From: Steroidobacteraceae bacterium | GTDB lineage: Bacteria > Pseudomonadota > Gammaproteobacteria > Steroidobacterales > Steroidobacteraceae | Assembly (NCBI GenBank): GCA_035300445.1 | Contig: DATGVL010000048.1 | Coordinates: 13,361 to 77,360, forward strand | Length of the DNA stretch: 64,000 nt | Reading direction: 5' to 3' | Made by a program: the position numbers and the translations under genes | Shown: in pieces, positions 1 to 9,586 of the stretch | Layout of the letters: each line of letters starts with the position of its first letter | How positions within the stretch are numbered: the stretch's first letter is position 1 | The notes under the pieces: generated by a model | Database searches by the model: none | What the model was told of the DNA's origin: nothing | What the model saw: only the letters and a program-made list of their open reading frames with translations

Positions 1-545
1 CGCTTGTAGACCGGCGTCACCCAGGGAAGGGCATCCATGTTCTCGAGAACTTCACGGTTTTCGTTGTGAACGATGACGCCCTCGCGGTTGCGGTAGGAAA
101 GCCCTTTGATGTCGCTCCAGGGCCGGCCATCGGCGACTTCCTTGATGGTGAAGTCGAATTCGTTGCGGGCGACGAAGTCCACTGCCGGTGCGGCGATGAG
201 GCTCTTCTCGGGCTCGACTGCGACCTTGGCTCCGATGAACCCGATTCTGATATCCGGATTGACCGCCTTGATCATCTCGGCCGTCTTCAGGTCCGATTTG
301 AAGGACGGGGTGGAGGTGTGCATCACCACGAGCTCACGGCCGCTCAGCTCGGGGGCGATGTCCTCGAATTTCAGGCGGTGCGGCGGTGCATCGATCAGCT
401 TCGAGCCCTCCACCAGAGCCGCCGGCTGCGCGAGCCAGGTCGGGTACCAGAAGGAGCGCACCTCGCGCTTCATCTGGTAGCGGGCGCCGGCCCCCCCGTC
501 GAAGCCGTCGTAGGAAGGAGGATGCAGAAACAGCGTTCTCATCAT
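1..545 (-). CDS. hpnJ: Hopanoid biosynthesis radical SAM / B12-binding protein HpnJ, N-terminal part (gene continues beyond left edge)
   Basis: Reverse-strand translation from ATG at 545 reads MMRTLFLHPPSYDGFDGGAGARYQMKREVRSFWYPTWLAQPAALVEGSKLIDAPPH..., the characteristic HpnJ N-terminus. It lies directly upstream of hpnI on the same strand. It is absent from the ORF track because it is truncated by the window edge. Confidence 0.8.
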   Translation of the reverse strand, partial: MMRTLFLHPPSYDGFDGGAGARYQMKREVRSFWYPTWLAQPAALVEGSKLIDAPPHRLKFEDIAPELSGRELVVMHTSTPSFKSDLKTAEMIKAVNPDIRIGFIGAKVAVEPEKSLIAAPAVDFVARNEFDFTIKEVADGRPWSDIKGLSYRNREGVIVHNENREVLENMDALPWVTPVYK

Positions 546-655
546 GAACCTCGCCAGGAGACCCGCGAATCCAGTCGCGGGCGCAAATACGCCGTGATGC
601 TCAACTCGATCGCTCGGCCCGGCCGAAGCAGGGTGGCACGCGACCAGAGATCTTC

Positions 656-1798
656 TCAAGGGATCGGATGCGCCGAGCCATCACGAGCGATTCGGTAGCG
701 GGCGCGCCGCCATTGTACGCGACGCGAGAGGAAGCCCCAGCACCACAGCGCAAAGCCCAGCAGGTCAGTGAGCGGCAGCACCCACAGCTCCCGCACGGCC
801 GAGCGGGCATCGCGAACGCCGAAATGTAACATGAGTCGTGCCAGTGCGGTGATGGCGAGCAGGGCTGGCGCTGCCCCCGCGCCCGCCGCAACCAGGCACC
901 CCAGGGCTGCCGTCGCCAAGCCGAAGGTCACGAAGCAGAGGGCGTAACCCAGCGGCCGAACGGCCCGAATGGTGCGCAGCCAACGCAGCTCATGCCGAAC
1001 GAGGTCACCGAGGCTGCGCTCATCGACCAAGGTCTCGACCACGACCTCAGACAACACGGTGTGCAAGCCCATACGGCGCGTCAGCTCGCCCAGCCGGTAG
1101 TCATCCGCCAGCTGATCGGCTATGGCCATGAACCCGCCTATTCTGGCCAGTACCTCCCGGCGCATGGCGATGGTTGCACCGAAGGCGAAGGCACGCGAGC
1201 CCAGCAGGGCCGCGATATACACCGAGGGCATGAACCAGTCGTTGATGAACGCAGATCCCAGCGCGGACCACGGTCCGCGCTGCGGGGAGCCGCGGTAGGG
1301 ACACGTGACGATGCCGACGGCGGGATCGAGAAGCGGCGGGACGACGTTGGCCAGATAATCTGGAGCAACCCGCACATCGCTGTCCGCGACGACCAGATTG
1401 TCGTGGCGGGCAAACGGCATCATGTTGATCAGGTTGCTGACTTTGCCGCTGCTGCCGTGCTGCGCCGGATTGATGGCGATTTGCAGGTCGAGCCCCGGAA
1501 ACTCGCGTTGCAGTCTGAGTACGACAGTGACTGCATCATCGTCCGCGTCGCGCACTCCGCACACGATCTGGAAGCCTGGATAGGCCTGATCGCAGAACGA
1601 GCGCAGACAGTCGTAGAGGTCGGGCTCCGCGCCGCACAAGGGCTTCAGGACGGTCACCGGGGGCAGCGTCGCAGGGCCGGGTCGTGAGCTGTGGCGCCGC
1701 GACCGCACTGCCAGCCATGCCGTGACGGTATAGGCCATGGCGAGTGCGGCCACAGCGGTGCCACCCCAGTTGAGCCACGGCTGAACGGTCGCGCTCAC
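656..1798 (-). CDS. hpnI: Hopanoid biosynthesis-associated glycosyltransferase HpnI (GT2 family)
   Basis: 380-aa ORF with an N-terminal TM helix followed by VTVLKPLCGAEPDLYDCLRSFCDQAYPGFQIVCGV and VVADSDVRV GT2-type motifs. Located next to hpnJ. Confidence 0.85.
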   Translation of the reverse strand: MSATVQPWLNWGGTAVAALAMAYTVTAWLAVRSRRHSSRPGPATLPPVTVLKPLCGAEPDLYDCLRSFCDQAYPGFQIVCGVRDADDDAVTVVLRLQREFPGLDLQIAINPAQHGSSGKVSNLINMMPFARHDNLVVADSDVRVAPDYLANVVPPLLDPAVGIVTCPYRGSPQRGPWSALGSAFINDWFMPSVYIAALLGSRAFAFGATIAMRREVLARIGGFMAIADQLADDYRLGELTRRMGLHTVLSEVVVETLVDERSLGDLVRHELRWLRTIRAVRPLGYALCFVTFGLATAALGCLVAAGAGAAPALLAITALARLMLHFGVRDARSAVRELWVLPLTDLLGFALWCWGFLSRRVQWRRARYRIARDGSAHPIP

Positions 1799-2005
1799 TC
1801 AAAGGCCCGACAGGTTAGCGGGGGGGCGCAGCGGACGCCGCCAGGGCCGCCCTCGCCCGGAAGAAAGATTGCTGTAACGTGGCAGGCAGCTATTATGCAC
1901 GGGGTGCCGGCGCCACAGCCTGATTGTTGCGGTGCGAACGCGGGTCGTCCGGCCTGCGGGCGTGAGTGACTGGAGCGGTGTTTGCCGCGACGGAGTGCCT
2001 CGTAC

Positions 2006-2617
2006 ATGGATCAGGTTCGTAGCTTCCAGATCGGTGCCGACGATATCGCGCCAGATTCCGAGCCGCTGATTCTGGTGGATGAAGCCGACCGCGAGGTCGG
2101 CCACATGAGCAAGGCTCAGTGCCACCAGGGGGGCGGAGTTCTGCATCGCGCCTTTTCTCTGTTGATCTTCAATGACGCCGGTGAGCTGCTGTTGCAGCAG
2201 CGAGCGGCGTCGAAACAGCTCTGGCCGCGATTCTGGTCGAACAGCTGCTGCAGTCATCCCCGACGCGCCGAGACCATGGAGGCGGCTATCCACCGGCGCC
2301 TCTACGAGGAGCTGGGCTTGAGCTGTCCATTGCATTTTCTGTTCAAGTTCAAGTACCAAGCGCAATTCGATACGGCTGGCGCCGAGCACGAGCTGTGCTC
2401 GGTCTTCATAGGGCGCTGCACCGAGCGGTTGCGGATCGATCCGAATGAGATCCTCGCCTGGCGCTGGGTCAGCCCCCCGGCCCTGCAGGCCGAGATGTCC
2501 GGCAGCGGCGCCGGTAGCTTTACCCCATGGTTCATACTGGAGTGGGGGCGCATCTGGCGGGACTACCGGGCAGCCGTGCTCACCATGCTAGGAGTCAAGA
2601 GTTGGGCATTCCTCTGA
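2006..2617 (+). CDS. idi: Isopentenyl-diphosphate delta-isomerase, type 1 (Nudix fold)
   Basis: Motifs HRAFSLLIFN, LLLQQRAASKQLWPRFWSNSCCSHP and EHELCSVF. ATG at 2006 was chosen inside the longer ORF that starts at 1982 (TTG). Confidence 0.85.
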   Translation: MDQVRSFQIGADDIAPDSEPLILVDEADREVGHMSKAQCHQGGGVLHRAFSLLIFNDAGELLLQQRAASKQLWPRFWSNSCCSHPRRAETMEAAIHRRLYEELGLSCPLHFLFKFKYQAQFDTAGAEHELCSVFIGRCTERLRIDPNEILAWRWVSPPALQAEMSGSGAGSFTPWFILEWGRIWRDYRAAVLTMLGVKSWAFL

Positions 2618-3750
2618 TCCAGACGTATCGTGTCGCCCGCTACCTCGCCGGCCGCAAGCTGCGCGGTGAGAAGCGCTATCCGCTGGTGCTCATGCTGGAA
2701 CCGCTGTTCCAGTGCAATCTCGCCTGCTCCGGCTGCGGCAAGATCGACTATCCGAAGGAGATCCTGCAGAAGCGCATGAGCGTCGAGGACGCGGTGCGCG
2801 CCGTCGACGAATGCGGCGCTCCGGTGGTGTCCATTCCGGGCGGCGAGCCGCTGATTCACCGCGAGATGCCGCAGATCGTCGCCGCAATCGTCGCGCGCAA
2901 GAAATTCGTGTACCTGTGCACGAACGCCATTCTGCTATCCAAGCATATCGATGAATATCTCCCCTCGCGCTACCTCACGTTCTCGATCCATCTGGACGGC
3001 AATCGGCAACGTCACGATGAGTCGGTGTGCCAGGAGGGAGTATTCGACAAGGCGGTCGCGGCAATCCGCCTCGCGCGCAGCAGGGGTTTTCGCGTGACCG
3101 TCAACTGCACGCTCTTCAGCGGCGCGGACCCGGACGAAGTCGCCGGCTTCTTCGATACCGCGATGGGACTCGGCATCGAAGGAATCACGGTCTCGCCAGG
3201 CTACAGCTATCAGCACGCACCGCGGCAGGATGTCTTCCTGGGGCGCAGCGCGAGCAAGCGGCTGTTCCGCGAGATCTTCAAACGCCGTCGCGGCCGCGCT
3301 TCGCGCTGGTCCTTCAATCATTCCGGGCTGTTCCTGGACTTTCTCGCGGGCAACCAGACATACCAGTGCACGCCGTGGAGCAATCCGACCTATAACATCT
3401 TCGGTTGGCAGCGACCCTGCTATCTGCTCTCCGATGAAGGCTACGCGCCCAGCTACCGATCCCTGCTGGAGGATACGCGCTGGGATCAGTACGGTGTCGG
3501 ACGCAACCCCAAGTGCAACAACTGCATGGCGCACTGCGGATTCGAGGGCACGGCGGTGGATGACGCGTTCGCTCATCCGATCAAGGCGCTGAAAGCCGCT
3601 CTGCGGGGTCCGCGGGTTACGGGTCCAATGGCTCCCGAGCTGCCGATTCTGTATGGCGAGGGGCTGCCGGACTTCGCCGTCGCAGTTCCGGTTACACAGG
3701 TGAGACGGGCGAGCGGGTCTGACGGGCGGCGTTCAGCGAGGCTGCCGTAG
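2602..3750 (+). CDS. hpnH: Adenosyl-hopene transferase HpnH (radical SAM)
   Basis: YPLVLMLEPLFQCNLACSGCGKIDYP contains the CxxxCxxC radical SAM motif. The N-terminus GIPLIQTYRVARYLAGRKLRG is typical of HpnH. TTG at 2602 follows AGGAG at 2590-2594. The ORF track start at 2527 would overlap idi by 90 nt. Confidence 0.88.
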   Translation: MGIPLIQTYRVARYLAGRKLRGEKRYPLVLMLEPLFQCNLACSGCGKIDYPKEILQKRMSVEDAVRAVDECGAPVVSIPGGEPLIHREMPQIVAAIVARKKFVYLCTNAILLSKHIDEYLPSRYLTFSIHLDGNRQRHDESVCQEGVFDKAVAAIRLARSRGFRVTVNCTLFSGADPDEVAGFFDTAMGLGIEGITVSPGYSYQHAPRQDVFLGRSASKRLFREIFKRRRGRASRWSFNHSGLFLDFLAGNQTYQCTPWSNPTYNIFGWQRPCYLLSDEGYAPSYRSLLEDTRWDQYGVGRNPKCNNCMAHCGFEGTAVDDAFAHPIKALKAALRGPRVTGPMAPELPILYGEGLPDFAVAVPVTQVRRASGSDGRRSARLP

Positions 3751-4694
3751 TGAACCGGGCGGTGGATATTCGACTTGCCCCGCAGGCGGAGCCGGCCGAG
3801 CGCGATGCATTCGCTGCACAGCTCGAATCCTGGCGCGCCCGCATGGAATCGGCGTTGGCGGCGCGGCTTCCGGACTGCGACGCGGTGCCGACGCGTTTGC
3901 ACCAGGCCATGCGCTATAGCGTGCTGGGCGGGGGCAAACGGGTGCGTCCGATGTTGTTGTTTGCCAGCGCGCGGACCCTGGGCCTCGCGGAAGCAGAGGT
4001 CGAGGCGGCAGCCTGCGCCATCGAGCTGGTGCACGTGTACTCGCTGGTCCACGATGATCTGCCGGCTATGGACGATGACGATCTGCGCCGGGGTAGACCG
4101 ACCTGTCACAAAGCCTACGACGAGGCGACGGCCGTCCTGGTGGGCGATGCACTGCAGCCCCTCGCGTTTCAGCTACTCGCCCGCGACCCCGCCCTGCCCG
4201 CCGCGCCAACAATACGTCTGCGACTGATCGAATTGCTGGCGCAGGCCAGTGGCACCTTCGGCATGGCCGGAGGTCAGGCGATCGATCTCGCCGTGCAGGG
4301 CAAGCAGCTCGGTATTGCGCAGGTGGAGGAAATGCATGCCCGCAAGACCGGCGCGCTGATCCGCGCCAGCGTGCTGATGGCGGCGGCCTGCGTACCCTCG
4401 CTCGATGCTCGTCTGTACGAGGCACTGAGCGGTTTTGCGACTCCAGTCGGCCTGGCATTCCAGATTCAGGACGACTTGTTGGACGTGCTCGGAGATTCCT
4501 CGACCCTGGGCAAGGCGACCGGCGCAGACCGCGAGCGAGCAAAGCCCACCCATCCGGCGGTCATCGGCATCGCGGCGTCGCAGGAGCGGGTGCGGCTGCT
4601 GCACGCGCAGGCGCTCGAGGCCCTGGCGCCTTTTGGGCGGCGCGCGGCGCCCCTGCGCTCGGTGGCTGCCTGGTTGCTCACGCGGCGTTTCTGA
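3750..4694 (+). CDS. ispA: Farnesyl diphosphate synthase (polyprenyl synthetase)
   Basis: First and second Asp-rich motifs are present: LVHDDLPAMDDDDLRRGRPT and FQIQDDLLD. The GTG start overlaps the hpnH TAG stop (TAGTG at 3748-3752). Confidence 0.9.
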   Translation: MNRAVDIRLAPQAEPAERDAFAAQLESWRARMESALAARLPDCDAVPTRLHQAMRYSVLGGGKRVRPMLLFASARTLGLAEAEVEAAACAIELVHVYSLVHDDLPAMDDDDLRRGRPTCHKAYDEATAVLVGDALQPLAFQLLARDPALPAAPTIRLRLIELLAQASGTFGMAGGQAIDLAVQGKQLGIAQVEEMHARKTGALIRASVLMAAACVPSLDARLYEALSGFATPVGLAFQIQDDLLDVLGDSSTLGKATGADRERAKPTHPAVIGIAASQERVRLLHAQALEALAPFGRRAAPLRSVAAWLLTRRF

Positions 4695-4701
4695 CTTCAT
4701 C

Positions 4702-5874
4702 ATGCGTTTCGATTCCGGCATGACCGACGAGGTCTACCAGGAGCAGATACTCCCCCACGTGTCGCGCACCTTTGCGCTCACGATTCCCCAGTTGCCGCCG
4801 GGCCTGCGGACCGCGGTGACCAGCGCTTATCTGTTGTGCCGGATCGCCGACACGATCGAGGACGAGCCGGCGCTGTCGGCTGCCGAAACCTTCGCTTTCC
4901 TCCAGCGCTTCACCGCAGTGGTGTACGGCCGGGAGGAAGGGGCGTTGCTGGCGCGCGAGCTCGAGCCGCGGCTCTCGGACCGGACCCTGCCGGCCGAGCG
5001 CGATCTGGTGCGCAACATGGAGCGGGTCGTGCGCATGACCGCGCGTCTTCATGAGCAGCAGCGTGCCGCAATCCACCGTTGCATCGAGGTGATGTGCTAC
5101 GGCATGCATCGCTTCCAGTCCACCGCCAGCCTGCGCGGTCTGCCTCTGTCAAGTGACCTGGACAGCTACTGCTACTATGTCGCCGGTGTCGTGGGTGAAA
5201 TGCTCACCGAGCTGTTTTGCGGCCACTCGCCGCGCATCTCGCAGCGGCGCGCGGCACTGCATGGTCTCGCCGTATCCTTCGCACAAGGGTTGCAGATGAC
5301 GAACATCCTGAAGGACGTCTGGGAGGACCGCCGCCGCGGGGCCTGCTGGTTGCCGCAGGAGCTCTTCACCGGGCACGGCATCGACCTCGCGCAGCTGTCC
5401 CCGGAGCGCTACGACGCCCGATTCCATGCCGGCGTGCGCGAGCTGATCGGCGTGGCTCATGCCCATCTGCGCAACGCCCTGTCCTTCACCTTACTGATTC
5501 CCGGCGAGGAGCCGGGCATCCGGCGTTTCTGTCTGTGGGCCATCGGTCTTGCCGTGCTCACACTGCGCAACATCGAGCGCACTCCGCAATTCACGGCCGG
5601 CTCGCAGGTGAAGGTGTCACGCGCGGCGGTCGGCATGACGCGCGTACTCACGAGTCTGGCGGTGCGTAGCGACCGGATACTGCTGCGCCTCTTCGAGCGC
5701 GCCGCCAGGGGTCTACCGCTGGCGGCGCCATCGGCCGTCAGACAGCCTGCCCGCCCGGCCATGCTCGCCGCCGCTCACACACCGGATCCGGCGGCGGCGG
5801 ACTACAGCCGGCGGGGTCTGCGCTCGCAGCTGGAAGGCTCGAGTGGCCGCTCCGACGGGAGCCCGGTACCGTGA
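4702..5874 (+). CDS. sqs: Squalene synthase (farnesyl-diphosphate farnesyltransferase, Sqs type)
   Basis: VSRTFALTIPQLP, YLLCRIADTIEDE (DTxED rather than the DDxxD of CrtB/HpnD) and GLQMTNILKDVWEDRRRG. ATG at 4702 lies inside the longer ORF that starts at 4435. Confidence 0.8.
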   Translation: MRFDSGMTDEVYQEQILPHVSRTFALTIPQLPPGLRTAVTSAYLLCRIADTIEDEPALSAAETFAFLQRFTAVVYGREEGALLARELEPRLSDRTLPAERDLVRNMERVVRMTARLHEQQRAAIHRCIEVMCYGMHRFQSTASLRGLPLSSDLDSYCYYVAGVVGEMLTELFCGHSPRISQRRAALHGLAVSFAQGLQMTNILKDVWEDRRRGACWLPQELFTGHGIDLAQLSPERYDARFHAGVRELIGVAHAHLRNALSFTLLIPGEEPGIRRFCLWAIGLAVLTLRNIERTPQFTAGSQVKVSRAAVGMTRVLTSLAVRSDRILLRLFERAARGLPLAAPSAVRQPARPAMLAAAHTPDPAAADYSRRGLRSQLEGSSGRSDGSPVP

Positions 5875-7868
5875 ATCGCGGCTCGCCCACGCGGGATTCA
5901 TTGGCGGCGGCGCCGAATGCGGCGCGCTCCGAGGCGCCCGCGCACAAGGTTCACCGGCTCACGGAATTCTCGCCGCTGGATCGCACGATCGCCGCCGCGC
6001 GCGACGCGCTGATCAGTCTGCAGAGTTCACAGGGTTACTGGCTGTTCGAGCTGGAGGCGGACTGTACCATTCCCGCCGAGTACCTCCTGATGATGCACTT
6101 CCTGGAGGAAATCGATGCTCCTCTGGAGGCGAAACTCGCAGCTTATCTGCGCGCTCGTCAGGCCGAGCACGGCGGTTGGCCTCTGTACTACGGTGGCGAG
6201 TTCGACATGAGCTGCAGCGTCAAGGCGTACTTCGCCCTGAAGCTCGCGGGCGACAGCCCCCTGGCGCCCCACATGGTGCGGGCGCGCGCGGCAATTCTGC
6301 AGCGCGGCGGCGCGGCCCGGTCCAACGTGTTCACGCGCATCACACTCGCGCTGTTCGGGCAGATTCCGTGGCGCGGCGTACCCTATATTCCCGTGGAGAT
6401 CGTGCTCCTGCCGCGCTGGTTTCCCTTCCATCTGAACAAGGTCTCCTACTGGTCGCGCACGGTGATGGTGCCGCTTCTCATTCTGTGCACGCGCAAGCCC
6501 CTCGCAGCAAACCCACGCAAGGTGCAGATTCGCGAGTTGTTTACGACGCCGCCCGAGCAGGAGCGCCACTATTTTCGACGCCCCGGCGGGCGCGCCGACA
6601 TTCTGAGCCTGGTCTTTCTGGCGCTCGACCGGCTGGGCCGCATGATCGATCCGCTGGTTCCCAACGCTATGCGCGCGTACGCCACGCGCCGCGCGGAGGC
6701 CTGGGTGCTCGAACGGTTGAACGGCGAGGACGGCCTCGGTGCCATCTTTCCCGCCATGGTCAACGCGCTCGAAGCGCTGGCGGTCCTTGGCTATGCCAGC
6801 AGCGACCCGCGCCGGCTCGCCGCCAAGCGTGCCCTCGAGAAGCTTCTGGTGGTCAATGCGTCCAGCGCCTATTGCCAGCCGTGTGTGTCACCGGTTTGGG
6901 ATAGCGCCCTGGCGAGCCTCGCGCTGCAGGAGACCGGCGGTGCTGCCGCACTCGCCGCTTCGGTGCGCGCGCTTGATTGGCTGCAGCCGCTGCAGCTCCC
7001 GGACGACCCCGGAGACTGGCGCGTGCGCCGACCGCGTCTGGCTGGGGGCGGTTGGGCCTTTCAGTTCTCGAACAGTCATTATCCCGATCTTGACGACACG
7101 GCTGTCGTCGCCTGGTCGATGCACCAGGCGAGCAATTCGGCACACTACTCACATAACGTGCAGTGCGCCCTGGATTGGCTCGTCGGTATGCAGAGCCGCA
7201 ACGGCGGATTCGCTTCGTTCGACGTCGACAACACTCATTACTACCTCAACGAGATTCCATTCGCGGATCATGGCGCGCTCCTGGATCCGCCTACGAGCGA
7301 TGTCACCGCCCGAGTGGTGACGGTGCTGGCGCGGGTCGGCCGTCCCCAGGACCAGGCGGCGCTCGGGCGGGCAATCGCTTTCTTGCGCGCGGAGCAGGAG
7401 GCGGACGGCTCGTGGTTCGGCCGCTGGGGCACGAACTACATTTACGGTACCTGGTCGGTACTGACTGCGTTCGCGCAGGCGGGCATCAGCCCGGATGATC
7501 CCGCCACGCGCCGCGCCGTGAGTTGGCTGGTAGCCCGGCAGCATGCAGACGGCGGCTGGGGCGAGACCAATGACAGCTACGCGGACCGGCATCTGGCAGG
7601 GGGAAAATCGGCGAGCACTCCCCACCAGAGCGCCTGGGCCCTGCTGGGGCTGCTTGCGGCCGGGGAAGCCGGCTCCAATGCGGTGCGGCGCGGTATTGAA
7701 TACCTCTTGCGAACCCAGCAGGACGACGGTCTATGGAGTGATCCGAGCTTCACCGCACCGGGATTTCCGCGAGTGTTCTACCTCAGATATCACGGCTATT
7801 GCGGCTACTTTCCTCTTTGGGCGCTGGCGGTGTACCGCACCCTGACACGGCTCGGAACCACGCATTGA
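5871..7868 (+). CDS. shc: Squalene-hopene cyclase
   Basis: 665 aa with a DxDDTA motif (HYPDLDDTAVVAW) and repeated QW motifs (RQHADGGWGE, EQEADGSWFGRWG, TQQDDGLW). The GTG start overlaps the sqs stop (GTGA at 5871-5874). Confidence 0.95.
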   Translation: MNRGSPTRDSLAAAPNAARSEAPAHKVHRLTEFSPLDRTIAAARDALISLQSSQGYWLFELEADCTIPAEYLLMMHFLEEIDAPLEAKLAAYLRARQAEHGGWPLYYGGEFDMSCSVKAYFALKLAGDSPLAPHMVRARAAILQRGGAARSNVFTRITLALFGQIPWRGVPYIPVEIVLLPRWFPFHLNKVSYWSRTVMVPLLILCTRKPLAANPRKVQIRELFTTPPEQERHYFRRPGGRADILSLVFLALDRLGRMIDPLVPNAMRAYATRRAEAWVLERLNGEDGLGAIFPAMVNALEALAVLGYASSDPRRLAAKRALEKLLVVNASSAYCQPCVSPVWDSALASLALQETGGAAALAASVRALDWLQPLQLPDDPGDWRVRRPRLAGGGWAFQFSNSHYPDLDDTAVVAWSMHQASNSAHYSHNVQCALDWLVGMQSRNGGFASFDVDNTHYYLNEIPFADHGALLDPPTSDVTARVVTVLARVGRPQDQAALGRAIAFLRAEQEADGSWFGRWGTNYIYGTWSVLTAFAQAGISPDDPATRRAVSWLVARQHADGGWGETNDSYADRHLAGGKSASTPHQSAWALLGLLAAGEAGSNAVRRGIEYLLRTQQDDGLWSDPSFTAPGFPRVFYLRYHGYCGYFPLWALAVYRTLTRLGTTH

Positions 7869-8602
7869 ATGTCGTCGGCATCGTCTCGGCTCTCGCGGTC
7901 GAGGCGCGCCATCTTGGTCCCGCGACGCAGCGGCACGGGGCGCTCGCATCCCTCGCAGACGGAACACTACTGGCGGTGTGCGGGATCGGCGGCAGCGCTG
8001 CGGCGCGTGGCGCGCGCGCTCTCATCGACGCTGGCGCAACGGCACTCATCAGCTGGGGTATGGCCGGGGGACTCGATCCGGCGCTCGCCGCCGGGACAAT
8101 ATTCTTGCCGGGCGAGGTGATCTCGCGCGATGGCACGGCTCTCATGACGGCGCCCTACTGGCGAGAGCGCTTAAGCGCTGCGCTGGCTGCGCACCGCCCA
8201 GTGGCGTGCGGCAAGCTGCTGACGAGCCCACGAGCGCTCGGATCCATCGCTGACAAGGCCGCGGCCTTTCGCGACACCGGTGCCGCAGCGGTGGACATGG
8301 AAAGTCTCGCGGTCGCGGAGGTTGCCCGCTCCCATGGGCTGCCATTCATTGCCGTGCGAGTGATCGTGGATACCGCCGAAGATATTCTGCCTCGGGCCGT
8401 GCTGGCCGCCGCCTGCAGCTCGGGACGTCTGCCGATCGGGCGCCTGCTCGCCTCATTCGCGCTGGCGCCCGGTGATCTTGCGGCGCTCATCCGCCTTCTG
8501 CCGCGGTATCGTGCCGCACGGCGCTCTCTGGGGGCCGTTGCGCACGCCGGCACTCCGGCGCGGCATGCGTTCCCGATCGTGCCAGACGCCGCCAACTCAT
8601 GA
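7865..8602 (+). CDS. hpnG: Hopanoid-associated phosphorylase/nucleosidase HpnG
   Basis: PNP/UDP phosphorylase-like sequence NVVGIVSALAVEARHLG...AVDMESLAVAEVA. The in-frame TTG at 7865 overlaps the shc stop (TTGA). Position between shc and hpnA supports the call. Confidence 0.8.
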   Translation: MNVVGIVSALAVEARHLGPATQRHGALASLADGTLLAVCGIGGSAAARGARALIDAGATALISWGMAGGLDPALAAGTIFLPGEVISRDGTALMTAPYWRERLSAALAAHRPVACGKLLTSPRALGSIADKAAAFRDTGAAAVDMESLAVAEVARSHGLPFIAVRVIVDTAEDILPRAVLAAACSSGRLPIGRLLASFALAPGDLAALIRLLPRYRAARRSLGAVAHAGTPARHAFPIVPDAANS

Positions 8603-9585
8603 GGGCGCTGGTCACAGGCGCGACTGGCTTCGTCGGCTCGGCGGTCGCCAGGGCCCTGGTGGCGGCGGGCTGGCAGGTCCGTGCGCTGGTGCGCGCCGGC
8701 TCCGATCACCGCAATCTGCAAAACCTTCCCGTAGACATGGTCGCGGGAGATCTGGCGGACGGCGCATCGCTCGATCGCGCCCTCGCGGATTGCCAGGCGC
8801 TGTTTCATCTCGCTGCGGACTACCGCCTCGGGGCGCTCGAGCCGCAGCAGCTGTATCGGACCAACGTGGATGGAACCCGCAGTATCCTCGATGCCGCCCG
8901 CCGGGCCGCAGTCTCGCGCGTCGTCTATACGAGCAGTGTCGCCACGATCGGCTTGCCTGAGGACGGCTCACCCGGCACGGAGGAGACACCGGTAGCGCTC
9001 GCGGACATGATTGGCCACTACAAGCGCTCGAAGTACCTGGCCGAGCAGCTCGCATGCAGTGCGCCGCAGACCGGCACTTCCGTGGTCATCGTCAATCCGT
9101 CGACACCGATCGGACCGGGCGACGTAAAGCCCACGCCGACAGGCCGGATCGTCCTGGACGCCGCGTGCGGGCGGATGCCCGCATACCTCGACACGGGACT
9201 CAACATCGTGCACGTCGATGACGTCGCTGCCGGGCACCTGCTGGCGTTTCATCGCGGGCGAGCCGGTGAGCGCTACATTCTGGGTGGGCAGGACATGATG
9301 CTGCGCGATATTCTCGCGGCGATCGCGCTCCTGGTCGGTCGCAAGGCGCCGCGCATTCGTTTGCCGCATGCAGCGGTACTGCCGCTCGCCTATGCGGCCG
9401 AGGCCTTTGCCAGAATCACCGGGCGCACCACTCGAATTACGCTCGAGGGCGTGCGCATGGCGCGCAAGCGCATGTTCTTCTCGAGCGACAAGGCGGTCCG
9501 CGAGCTCGACTACCGGTGGCGAGCGCCGAGCCAGGCATTCGAGGATGCCGTGCAGTGGTTTCGCGAGCATGGGTATCTGCGTTGA
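8599..9585 (+). CDS. hpnA: Hopanoid-associated NAD-dependent sugar epimerase/reductase HpnA
   Basis: MRALVTGATGFVGSAVARALV Rossmann motif and a YxxxK element (YKRSKYLAE). ATGA overlap with hpnG at 8599-8602. Confidence 0.85.
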   Translation: MRALVTGATGFVGSAVARALVAAGWQVRALVRAGSDHRNLQNLPVDMVAGDLADGASLDRALADCQALFHLAADYRLGALEPQQLYRTNVDGTRSILDAARRAAVSRVVYTSSVATIGLPEDGSPGTEETPVALADMIGHYKRSKYLAEQLACSAPQTGTSVVIVNPSTPIGPGDVKPTPTGRIVLDAACGRMPAYLDTGLNIVHVDDVAAGHLLAFHRGRAGERYILGGQDMMLRDILAAIALLVGRKAPRIRLPHAAVLPLAYAAEAFARITGRTTRITLEGVRMARKRMFFSSDKAVRELDYRWRAPSQAFEDAVQWFREHGYLR

Positions 9586-9586
9586 C

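Noticed and set aside
66-698. 210-aa plus-strand ORF at the left edge.
   Set aside because: It is antisense to the clearly recognisable hpnJ N-terminal coding region. Its composition is atypical and no motif is visible.
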